Below are positions 17,153 to 25,416 of a stretch of DNA of 39,308 bases, one piece after another. The stretch is from a virus. Taxonomy: Duplodnaviria > Heunggongvirae > Uroviricota > Caudoviricetes. The notes beneath the pieces were generated by a model that was not told where the DNA came from, searched no databases, and saw nothing but the letters and a program-made list of their open reading frames with translations. The stretch lies in the IMG/VR virus record IMGVR_UViG_2703718775_000026, one strand, 5' to 3'. Made by a program: the position numbers and the translations under genes. How positions within the stretch are numbered: position 1 is the stretch's first letter; each line of letters starts with the position of its first letter.

Positions 17153-18467
17153 TTTAGGTTATGCCGCCACCCTTCCCTCAAAAGAGGCGGTGGCATACTT
17201 CCGCGCCAAAGGGGCGCATATCAGCTGGAACTGGTTCGAAACAAACGCAGATGTTCATGCCCGTTCATTCACGGCGGCAAAAGTGGCACGCCTGGACGTA
17301 CTGACCACACTACAGGCGGAAGTGCAGCGTGCTGTTGATGAGGGGATTTCACAGAAAGCATTTATCCGCACACTGACACCCCGCCTGCAAAAGCTGGGAT
17401 GGTGGGGAAAGCAGATTGTGGTGGACAGCGCCGGTAACGCAGAAGAAGTGCAGCTGGGCAGTCCCCGCCGTCTGGCGCTGATTTACAACGTGAACACCCG
17501 CGTGGCTTACAATGCCGGGCGTTACACGCAGATGATGAACAACACGGACACGCATCCGTTCTGGCAGTATGTGGCGGTGATGGACAGCCGCACCCGCCCG
17601 GCGCATTCCGCCCTTAACGGGCTGGTATTCCGCTATGACGATCCGTTCTGGAATACACACTACCCACCCAATGGCTGGAACTGCCGCTGCCGTGTCCGGC
17701 CATTGTCTCAGGCCCGTCTGGATGCAATGGGGTTATCCGTTTCATCCGGTCAGGATCATCTTTCCACCCGCAATGTTGAGGCTGGCGTGGATAAGCAGAC
17801 CGGAGAAGTCAGAGAAATGCCGGTGACCACATATTCAGATGGCACCAGAACCATGACACCGGATGTGGGCTGGTCATATAACCCCGGTTCGGCGGCGTTC
17901 GGCACAGACCAGGCGCTGCTCCGCAAGTTGATCGAGGTGAAAAGCCCGGCGTTACGGGAAATGGTGGTTCAGGAGATGAACAACAGCCCGGAGCGGCAGC
18001 TGGCGTTCCGCATCTGGGCAAAAAACATCATGAAAACCCGGCGAGGCGGTAACGATATCCGCACGCTGGGCTTTATGACCGAAAGTATTGCGCAGGCGGT
18101 GGAAAGCCGGACGGGAACGCCACCGGCCCGCCTGCTGGCGATGAGCGGTAAAAATGTGCTCCATGCGGACAGCATGAAACATCAGAATGACGGCATTGCC
18201 CTGACGCCGGAGGATTTCGGGCGATTACCGGCAATGCTGGCAAAGCCAAAAGCGGTACTGTGGGATAAACGCCACAACAATCTGATGTATATCGTGGAAA
18301 GTAAGGATGGCAGTGTGCAGATTGCCGTTAATGCGCCGTACAGCCTGAAGCGTCAGCCGGATAAACTGGATGTGATTGTGAATGCTTACCGGGTTATCAA
18401 TATGGATAAGCTGAAATCGGATATCCGGGGCGGAATGCTTGAGGTACTGGAAGGAGATATTGATTAA
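17136..18467 (+). CDS. Head morphogenesis protein (Mu F / gp30-like)
   Basis: 443 aa; follows the portal. Confidence 0.65.
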   Translation: MAQGIDLGYAATLPSKEAVAYFRAKGAHISWNWFETNADVHARSFTAAKVARLDVLTTLQAEVQRAVDEGISQKAFIRTLTPRLQKLGWWGKQIVVDSAGNAEEVQLGSPRRLALIYNVNTRVAYNAGRYTQMMNNTDTHPFWQYVAVMDSRTRPAHSALNGLVFRYDDPFWNTHYPPNGWNCRCRVRPLSQARLDAMGLSVSSGQDHLSTRNVEAGVDKQTGEVREMPVTTYSDGTRTMTPDVGWSYNPGSAAFGTDQALLRKLIEVKSPALREMVVQEMNNSPERQLAFRIWAKNIMKTRRGGNDIRTLGFMTESIAQAVESRTGTPPARLLAMSGKNVLHADSMKHQNDGIALTPEDFGRLPAMLAKPKAVLWDKRHNNLMYIVESKDGSVQIAVNAPYSLKRQPDKLDVIVNAYRVINMDKLKSDIRGGMLEVLEGDID

Positions 18468-18552
18468 CGGTCAGTGGCGGGGGTCGAACCCGCATACATG
18501 ATCCACCCGGAGGCAGGCACCGACTTTACCAGTTAAGCGTACACTGACCGCC
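18468..18552 (-). ncRNA. tRNA-like structured element (acceptor stem plus canonical T-arm, no anticodon arm found)
   Basis: Minus strand reads GTCAGTG...GCGGGTTCGACCCCCGC-CACTGAC-C: a 7-bp acceptor-like stem and a T-arm matching the GTTCRANYC consensus. On the plus strand the same inverted repeat is followed by a T-rich tract. Confidence 0.3.
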
Positions 18553-18588
18553 TGCTTATTTTATATTCATATTTTATACGGAGGCAAT

Positions 18589-19062
18589 ATGTCATCCATT
18601 GATGCCGCCGTCGTTGTTGACGTTACGCGTCTCCAGCGGGTCTTTGCCCGGCTTCAGTTTGTGGGTGGCGGAAAAGACCTGGCCCGCAGTGTGGCGTCCA
18701 GCCTTCTGTCATCGTCAGAAATGGCGTTTGAACAGGAAAAAGAGCCGGACGGCGAACGCTGGCATGACTGGTCAGATCCTTACCGCAAGTGGCGTACCCG
18801 TAAGGGATACATGCCCGGCAAAATCCTGACGCTGAACGGCGATCTGGCCCGACGCCTGACCACGGATTATGGCGACACCTGGGCGCTGATTGGATCAAAT
18901 GAGCCTTATGCGGCCATTCATCAGTGGGGTGGCCTGCCAGGTATGCCGCCGGGACCGGCGGCCATTGGTGCACGTCCGTATATGGGCTTTGATCAGGTGG
19001 CAGAGCAGGAGATCATGGACGAAATCAGAAAACGCTTTAAAAAGGCCACAGAAACGCCTTAA
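18589..19062 (+). CDS. Virion morphogenesis protein (Mu G-like)
   Basis: 157 aa; motif IHQWGGLPGMPPGPAAIGARPYMGF typical of the phage virion morphogenesis family. Confidence 0.65.
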   Translation: MSSIDAAVVVDVTRLQRVFARLQFVGGGKDLARSVASSLLSSSEMAFEQEKEPDGERWHDWSDPYRKWRTRKGYMPGKILTLNGDLARRLTTDYGDTWALIGSNEPYAAIHQWGGLPGMPPGPAAIGARPYMGFDQVAEQEIMDEIRKRFKKATETP

Positions 19063-19238
19063 TTGTTTAAGGTATGCAAATGCATTACCTTACCCCCTTC
19101 AGGCGCGTGTCGTGATTTTCTAACCTGTATTTAACGGGCTTTAAAATCTGCGTGAAGCGCCTTTGTATTTTTCCCCTGGAAGCACTTCCTGAAATCCCGC
19201 AAAACCCGCCCTGAAAATTCCCGGCCTATGCTGCCGGA

Positions 19239-20363
19239 ATGAAGACGAAAAACACGCCCAAACTTGCTTATGCCATTCTGAATGCCATCAGCCTGTCCGC
19301 AGACGGGGACGGTGACTGGTGTCAGATCATGCCAGCCGGTCGGGTAAAGGCCCGTGACGGTCGCCCGGAAAAACCGGCCGAGGGCTGGCTGATCAACCAT
19401 GCAGCCGTTGAGCGCATGGTCTCCCGTGTTGTGGCGCTCAATCAGCCGGTGAAAATTGACTACAACCACCAGACCCTGATTGAGGGACATCCGGCACCGG
19501 CTGCCGGTTTTGTGATGGCCTCACCGGAGAATTTTCGCTTCAGTGAAGAGCGAGGTTTCGAGGTGCGCCCGAAGTGGAACCCTCCGGCCCTTGAACATCT
19601 GCGTAATAACGAATTCCCCTGGTTTTCACCGGTGATTGGCTATGACGAGAGCACCGGCGAACCTGTCGAACTTCGGATGCTGGCTATTACCGGTGACCCC
19701 GGTCTGACCGGCATGAATCCTGTCGCCGCACTGTCGGCGGATGACCTTTATAACGCCTTAAACCCTCCTTTAAAGGATACCTCCATGAATGAGCAATTAC
19801 GCCAGTTGCTGACGGCGCTCGGTCTGACCGTGGCTGACGGTGACGAATTTACGCCGGAGCTGGGCACGGCGGCGCTGTCTGCCCTCACCGGGATCAAAAC
19901 CCGTGCGGATGCACACGACAACCTGAAAACACAGGTCGCCAGTCTGTCGGCAGAGCTGGAAACCGCAAAAGGCACACCGGCTGGCGGCAGTATTGATCTG
20001 ACGAAATACGTGCCCGTTGAAACGTATAACGCCCTGCGTACCGAATACGTTGCGCTGTCGGCGCAGCACGGCAGCACCACGCTGGAGCAGGTGCTGGACA
20101 AGGCTGAATCCGAAGGGCGCATCTTCAAAAGCGAACGCGGCTATCTGGAACAACTGGGCGGGCAGATTGGCGTTGCGGCACTTTCTGCACAGCTTGACGC
20201 CCGCCAGCCGGTTGCGGCCCTGACCTCTCTTCAGACCGACACCGTGACCGTGCCGGATAAAAAGACTGCCACCGCTGCGCTGTCGGCTGAAGATATCGCG
20301 GCCGCCAAACTGCTGGGTAAAACCGAAGCCGAGTTCCTGAAAATGAAAGAGGAAATGCAATAA
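19239..20363 (+). CDS. Head protease/scaffold protein (Mu I-like)
   Basis: 374 aa; position before the major head gene. Confidence 0.65.
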   Translation: MKTKNTPKLAYAILNAISLSADGDGDWCQIMPAGRVKARDGRPEKPAEGWLINHAAVERMVSRVVALNQPVKIDYNHQTLIEGHPAPAAGFVMASPENFRFSEERGFEVRPKWNPPALEHLRNNEFPWFSPVIGYDESTGEPVELRMLAITGDPGLTGMNPVAALSADDLYNALNPPLKDTSMNEQLRQLLTALGLTVADGDEFTPELGTAALSALTGIKTRADAHDNLKTQVASLSAELETAKGTPAGGSIDLTKYVPVETYNALRTEYVALSAQHGSTTLEQVLDKAESEGRIFKSERGYLEQLGGQIGVAALSAQLDARQPVAALTSLQTDTVTVPDKKTATAALSAEDIAAAKLLGKTEAEFLKMKEEMQ

Positions 20364-21310
20364 TGCCTACCCCGATTACACCGGCGATGATCACCGCCCT
20401 GATGACGGGCTACCGTTCTGATTTTCAGGCCGGGATGTCCATGGCCCCGTCGCAGTACAAAAAAATTGCGATGACCGTACCGTCCACGTCGAAATCCAAC
20501 ACCTACGGCTGGCTGGGGCAGTTCCCGCAGTTCCGTGAGTGGATCGGCTCCCGCGTCATCGAGAAGATGAAGGCCTATGGCTATGCCATCGTGAACAAAA
20601 CCTTTGAAGGCACCGTCGCCATTAACCGCGATGACTTCGAAGACGATAACCTCGGTATTTATTCCCCGTTGTTCCAGGAGATGGGGCGCGCTGCTGCGGC
20701 ACAACCGGATGAACTGGTCTTTGCTGCTCTTCGTGACGGGATTAATGCGGCCTGCTATGACGGCCAGAACTTCTTTGATACCGAACATCCTGTTTACCCC
20801 AAAGTGGATGGCTCCGGGGATGCGCAGATGGTCAGCAATATGTTTGTGGCAAAAACCGGCTCTGTCGGTGCACAAGCGGATTACAGCGGTCCTGCCTGGT
20901 ATCTGCTCGACTGTTCACGCGCAATCAAACCGCTGATTTATCAGGATCGCCGTAAGGCTGAACTGGTTGCCCAGACCAAAGTCGATGAAGGTCGCGCATT
21001 CACCGATAACGAATTTGTGTTTGGTGCATCCGCCCGTCGCAATGTGGGCTACGGCTTCTGGCAGATGGCCTACATGATGCAGTCACCGCTGACGCTGGAT
21101 GCACTGTGGCACGGCTGGTCAGCCATGCGCGAATTTACCGCTGACGGTGGCCGCAAACTCGGCATCAAACCCACCCATATTGTTGTCCCCACCTCGCTGG
21201 AAAAACAGGCGGTGCAGCTGCTGGAGCGTGAACTGTTCGCAGACGGAAACGCAACCGTCTCTAACGAGATGAAGGGCAAGCTGGAGCTGGTTGTCGCGGA
21301 TTATCTGTAA
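20363..21310 (+). CDS. Major head subunit (Mu T-like)
   Basis: 315 aa; ATGA-type overlap with the I-like gene. Confidence 0.7.
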   Translation: MPTPITPAMITALMTGYRSDFQAGMSMAPSQYKKIAMTVPSTSKSNTYGWLGQFPQFREWIGSRVIEKMKAYGYAIVNKTFEGTVAINRDDFEDDNLGIYSPLFQEMGRAAAAQPDELVFAALRDGINAACYDGQNFFDTEHPVYPKVDGSGDAQMVSNMFVAKTGSVGAQADYSGPAWYLLDCSRAIKPLIYQDRRKAELVAQTKVDEGRAFTDNEFVFGASARRNVGYGFWQMAYMMQSPLTLDALWHGWSAMREFTADGGRKLGIKPTHIVVPTSLEKQAVQLLERELFADGNATVSNEMKGKLELVVADYL

Positions 21311-21317
21311 ACGGTGA

Positions 21318-21336
21318 GCCGGGCTTACGGCCCGGC
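21318..21336 (+). other. GC-rich stem-loop downstream of the major head gene
   Basis: GCCGGGC-TTACG-GCCCGGC hairpin with no following T-tract. Confidence 0.35.
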
Positions 21337-21353
21337 CCCTGCGGAGGGCAAAT

Positions 21354-21707
21354 ATGAATGAACATCACACTGTGGCAGCAACAGATGATTCAGGTCTTCA
21401 GGTCAGTGGTGACAATTCTGTCACAGTGCTGGCAGAAGTGCGTTGCAGTCGTTCGGCGTTTCGTCGTGCGGGGTTCCTGTTCACGCGTGGACGTCAGCAG
21501 GTTGAGGTCTCCCCGGAGCAGCTTGCCCGACTGGAGGCGGAGCCATGCCTCACTGTGCGAATACTACAGACGCCTGCTGATGATGCGGGGAGCGTGGCGG
21601 GTGTGGTTCATGCAGTGGCCGGTACAGATTTAGCCGAAGCCGGACAGGATACTCCCCGGAAAAAGACCGGTAACAAAGCGAAACAGGCGAAAAAGGCCCG
21701 CGCATGA
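21354..21707 (+). CDS. Hypothetical head-associated protein
   Basis: 117 aa; GGAGGG RBS; lysine-rich C-terminus. Confidence 0.5.
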   Translation: MNEHHTVAATDDSGLQVSGDNSVTVLAEVRCSRSAFRRAGFLFTRGRQQVEVSPEQLARLEAEPCLTVRILQTPADDAGSVAGVVHAVAGTDLAEAGQDTPRKKTGNKAKQAKKARA

Positions 21708-22123
21708 ATTACGCCACTGAAACCGATATGCGGGCGCGTTACCGCGAGGATTTGCTCAGGCCGTTACTGGCTGTGCCCCGTTCGGATGAGCCGGACACGC
21801 GCAAGCTGAACCGGGCGCTGACAGATGCGTCAGCCCTTATCGACAGCTATCTGTCCGCCCGTTACACGTTGCCGCTGGAGGTTATTCCGGCCGTTCTTGT
21901 TCAGCACTGTTGCGCGATTGCCTTTTATTACCTGTGCGATCAGCGAGCCTCCGATCAGGCGCGTGACCGTTACCGTGAAGCGCTGGCCTGGCTGAAAGAT
22001 GTCATGAACGGCAATGTGCCGGTCGGTGTGGATACGAACGGTGCGGCCCCTGAATCCGGGGATTTACCACAGGTTCAGTCTGATGCAGCGGTATTCGGGC
22101 GCAACCAGAAGGGCTTCATATGA
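21704..22123 (+). CDS. Mu gp36-like protein
   Basis: 139 aa; overlapping start; conserved position. Confidence 0.5.
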   Translation: MNYATETDMRARYREDLLRPLLAVPRSDEPDTRKLNRALTDASALIDSYLSARYTLPLEVIPAVLVQHCCAIAFYYLCDQRASDQARDRYREALAWLKDVMNGNVPVGVDTNGAAPESGDLPQVQSDAAVFGRNQKGFI

Positions 22124-22680
22124 TTACGGAAACCGAACAGGCATACATCGCCCGTATCCGTGAGTATTTCGGGAATGAACTGGTGTCTGTTGACACGCAT
22201 CCCGGCGACTGGAGCGACAGCGTACTGCGCACCATGTTGATTAACGCCCCGGCGATCTACGTTGCCTGGCTGGGTGCCGGTGAAGGCCGTACCCGTGGTC
22301 GCCTGGTCAGTCACTGGGTGTTCTACGTCATCGGCGACATGCTCAACGGGCGTGAGGCCAGCCGTCCCGGACTGTATCAGATTGTGGCCCGGCTGATTGC
22401 CGTGCTTAACGGCTTCAGAACAGAAAAAACCTCACCGCTTTACTTTGAAAAGGCGGTCAACGGTTACACCGAAACCCAGGCGGACAGTGGTGCGGTGATG
22501 TATGCGCTTTATTTCTCCTGCGAGGAAATGATCGCACCGCTGACCGATACCAGCTCGCTGGACGACTTCCTGCGTCATTACGAAACCTTTGTGGAGCCGC
22601 CCGGTACGCCGCCGTTTGAGGCACATATTGATTTGCCGGGGAACACGACAACGGCGGTCGAACCGCCGGAGGAACTGTAA
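22120..22680 (+). CDS. Mu gp37-like protein
   Basis: 186 aa; overlapping start. Confidence 0.5.
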   Translation: MITETEQAYIARIREYFGNELVSVDTHPGDWSDSVLRTMLINAPAIYVAWLGAGEGRTRGRLVSHWVFYVIGDMLNGREASRPGLYQIVARLIAVLNGFRTEKTSPLYFEKAVNGYTETQADSGAVMYALYFSCEEMIAPLTDTSSLDDFLRHYETFVEPPGTPPFEAHIDLPGNTTTAVEPPEEL

Positions 22681-22926
22681 ATGAAAACCATCTTTATCAA
22701 ACCCGCGCCGGGACGCCTGATTCGTGATCCCGACACAATGCGCCCGCTGGCACAGGAGGGGGAGGAAAAGCCCTTTACGCCGTTCTGGTGTCGGCGTCTT
22801 GATGACGGCGATGTCATTCAGGCTGAAAAAGCCGCTGAAGAGGCTCCGGCTGTATCTGCGGATGCAACGACTGCGACAGAAAAACCGGTCGCCCAACCGG
22901 CATCCGATAAGGAGAAACCGCAATGA
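22681..22926 (+). CDS. Mu gp38-like small protein
   Basis: 81 aa; immediately upstream of the sheath gene. Confidence 0.45.
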   Translation: MKTIFIKPAPGRLIRDPDTMRPLAQEGEEKPFTPFWCRRLDDGDVIQAEKAAEEAPAVSADATTATEKPVAQPASDKEKPQ

Positions 22927-24425
22927 TTAATTTTGACGGGATCGGTAATGACCGCCGTATACCGCTGATTGAGGTTGAGTTTAATAACTCCATGGCTGTC
23001 ACCGGCACTCCGGCACAGCGTCAGTGTGTGCTGCTGTTTGGTCAGGCGAGAATGAAAGAGAATGCCGTGGACGGTGCCGGTGTTCTGGATGTTCCGGTCA
23101 GGATCACCCGTGCGTCTCAGGCAACAGAACTCTGGGGGCGCGGTTCCATGATTGCCCTGATGGTGGCGGAATTTATCGCCATCAATCCTGATGCTGAACT
23201 GTATGCCATTGCTCAGGGGAACGGCACCGGACAGGCAACGGCTGCGGCCATGAATCTGACCGGAACGGTCACCCGTGACGGGATTGTTTATGCCTGCGTG
23301 GGGGGGCGGCGTTATACACTCCCGGCACCAAAAGGTAAGAAAGGCAAAGAACTGACCGACGAGCTGGCCGCGCTGATCAATGCCGATCCTGACGCGCCCT
23401 TCACGGCCTCCTCTGGTGCAGGAAGTGGTGATAATGGCGCAGGTCTGAAAGGGTCTCTGGGGATCACCGCCCGCTTTACCGGTGAATGCTCCGTTCATGA
23501 TGTGCGCCTGAACTATCACGACGGGGAAGCAACCCCGGAAGGAATACAGGTCGCTATAGCCTATCCGAAACAAAAAGCGGCTAACCCGGATATCACCCGA
23601 AGCGTGGCGGGGATGGGCGATCGCCAGTACAACTATGTCGTCATGCCCTATAAGGATGATGCAAACCTGAAAATCATCAGTGATGAGCTTCTGAAACGCT
23701 GGGGACCGGCCAAAATGTCTGACGGCGTGCTGTGGCTGGCACATACCGGCACGTTTGGTGAGGTGCAGGCATTCGGGGCAAAACGCAATGATTTTCTGGC
23801 GACCTGCACATCCATTCCCAAAGCCCCTGAACCGGATTACCTCTGGGCAGCGGCGGTCTGTGCCACCTGTGCACCCTCTCTGGGAGCAGATCCTGCGCGT
23901 CCGCTTCAGACGCTGGCGCTTCCGTCACGCATGGCCCCGGCTCCGGCCGATCGTCTGACGCGTGAAGAGCGTAACAGTCTGCTGTGGGGAGGGATTGCCA
24001 CGGTCAGTGTGGCTGCCGGTGATGTGGTTCAGATCGAACGTCAGGTGACCATGTATCGCCAGAACGTGTACGGCGAAAGTGATCCCAGCTATCTGGATGT
24101 GGAAACCATCTACACCCTCTCCTGGCTGCGTTATTCCCTGCGTACTTTTATCACACAACGTTTTCCGCGCCATAAACTGGCTGATGACGGGACGCCCGTT
24201 CGTGCCGGTCAGAATATCGTGACGCCGGAGATCATGAAGCTTCAGTTAATTTCGCTGGGTGAAGAGTGGGTGGAACTCGGGCTGGTCGAAAATCTGGACA
24301 CCTTTAAAAAGAATCTGCTTGTGGAGCGTAATGCGTCAGATCGAAACCGTCTTGACGTGTTATGCACGCCGGATCTGGTTAACCAGTTCCGCTTCCTGGC
24401 AGCACAGATCCGTTTCATTTTGTGA
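22923..24425 (+). CDS. Tail sheath protein (Mu L-like)
   Basis: 500 aa (Mu L ~495 aa); followed by the tube gene. Confidence 0.7.
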   Translation: MINFDGIGNDRRIPLIEVEFNNSMAVTGTPAQRQCVLLFGQARMKENAVDGAGVLDVPVRITRASQATELWGRGSMIALMVAEFIAINPDAELYAIAQGNGTGQATAAAMNLTGTVTRDGIVYACVGGRRYTLPAPKGKKGKELTDELAALINADPDAPFTASSGAGSGDNGAGLKGSLGITARFTGECSVHDVRLNYHDGEATPEGIQVAIAYPKQKAANPDITRSVAGMGDRQYNYVVMPYKDDANLKIISDELLKRWGPAKMSDGVLWLAHTGTFGEVQAFGAKRNDFLATCTSIPKAPEPDYLWAAAVCATCAPSLGADPARPLQTLALPSRMAPAPADRLTREERNSLLWGGIATVSVAAGDVVQIERQVTMYRQNVYGESDPSYLDVETIYTLSWLRYSLRTFITQRFPRHKLADDGTPVRAGQNIVTPEIMKLQLISLGEEWVELGLVENLDTFKKNLLVERNASDRNRLDVLCTPDLVNQFRFLAAQIRFIL

Positions 24426-24433
24426 GGTAAGGC

Positions 24434-24799
24434 ATGAGCGGAAAACAGTATCAGGGCACGGCCACTATCCGTGTGAACGGTCAGGAATACGAGACGCTTG
24501 AGGGGGCTACATTTTCTCCGTCAGGTTTTGAACGTGAAGTGGTGAAAGGCGCGAAAGTCTATGGTTACCGCCAGAAACCACGTGAAGCGACGCTGGACTG
24601 CAAATTTCCGGCAGGCGGAGAAGGCTCACCAGCCGCTGATGAAATCAACAACTGGACTGCGGTCACTATCGAGTTTGTGGCGGATACCGGCGAAGTCCAC
24701 ATGATGACGAAGGCCTGGAGCAGTGAACCGGCCTCGCTTGACGGTGGCGGGGAGATCTCCGTGAAGTTCGCCAGCGCCACCAGTACCCGTGTTCAGTGA
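24434..24799 (+). CDS. Tail tube protein (Mu M-like)
   Basis: 121 aa; between the sheath and chaperone genes. Confidence 0.65.
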   Translation: MSGKQYQGTATIRVNGQEYETLEGATFSPSGFEREVVKGAKVYGYRQKPREATLDCKFPAGGEGSPAADEINNWTAVTIEFVADTGEVHMMTKAWSSEPASLDGGGEISVKFASATSTRVQ

Positions 24800-25290
24800 T
24801 CAGGAAAAATAAAATGACCACACGTAAGAAAAAAACGGCAGTTTCCGAGGCAGCCGTGATGGAGGCAATCCGGGAAGCACTTGAGGGGGCTGATCCACGC
24901 ACTGCCGGGCTGACAGAGCAACTGGCAAAGGGATATGTGGATCTGCTTGATGGTCTGCCGTTTGGTGAGACCCGTGAATATCGTGTCACGTTCCGGGAAC
25001 TGACAGCGAAAGACAGTATTGACGCAGAAGCAGAAGCCGAGCGCGTGGTGGAGACAAACAATGGCCCGATGCTGATAGCGTCTCCGTCGTTACGCGGTGT
25101 TGCACTGCTGCGCCGTCAGATTGCCGCAGTGGGAGACATTGAAGGTCCGTTGTCACCCCGTCAGATTGGACAGTTAAGCGAGCGCGATCTCTCCCGCCTG
25201 ATGGCAGCGGTCAGCCTGCTGGATACCGCGCTTGCCGGAAAGCTGGCAGCTGACCGGGGGCGATCAGGCGCAGTGTCGGGATCAGATTGA
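24796..25290 (+). CDS. Tail assembly chaperone (candidate frameshift gene)
   Basis: 164 aa, directly upstream of the tape measure. The +1 frame is open from 25202 to 25414 and ends 2 nt before the tape-measure start. Confidence 0.55.
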   Translation: MIRKNKMTTRKKKTAVSEAAVMEAIREALEGADPRTAGLTEQLAKGYVDLLDGLPFGETREYRVTFRELTAKDSIDAEAEAERVVETNNGPMLIASPSLRGVALLRRQIAAVGDIEGPLSPRQIGQLSERDLSRLMAAVSLLDTALAGKLAADRGRSGAVSGSD

Positions 25291-25416
25291 AGAAGCGGCA
25301 ATTATCCTGGGGATGGTGACAAAAAGCGGTCCGGAATGGGCGCTTAACCTCCCCCTGTCGCAACTTTACCGGCACTGCCGACAGACAGAAAAAATCATCA
25401 GAACGAAGCAGTAAGT

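Noticed and set aside
18468-18552. Element as a complete functional tRNA gene or integrase attachment site
   Set aside because: Only the acceptor stem and T-arm fit; no anticodon arm or D-arm could be folded, no CCA is encoded, and Mu-like phages integrate by transposition, not tRNA-targeting integrases. Retained only as a tRNA-like structured element.
19797-20875. Minus-strand ORFs (187 aa and 214 aa) antisense to the I-like and T-like head genes
   Set aside because: Both lie fully inside well-supported plus-strand head genes and have biased Arg/Gly-rich translations; treated as GC-rich antisense artefacts.
22818-23744. 308-aa minus-strand ORF antisense to the tail sheath gene
   Set aside because: It lies entirely inside a well-supported plus-strand structural gene in GC-rich DNA; it has no RBS context and a low-complexity Arg/Gly-rich translation typical of spurious antisense frames.
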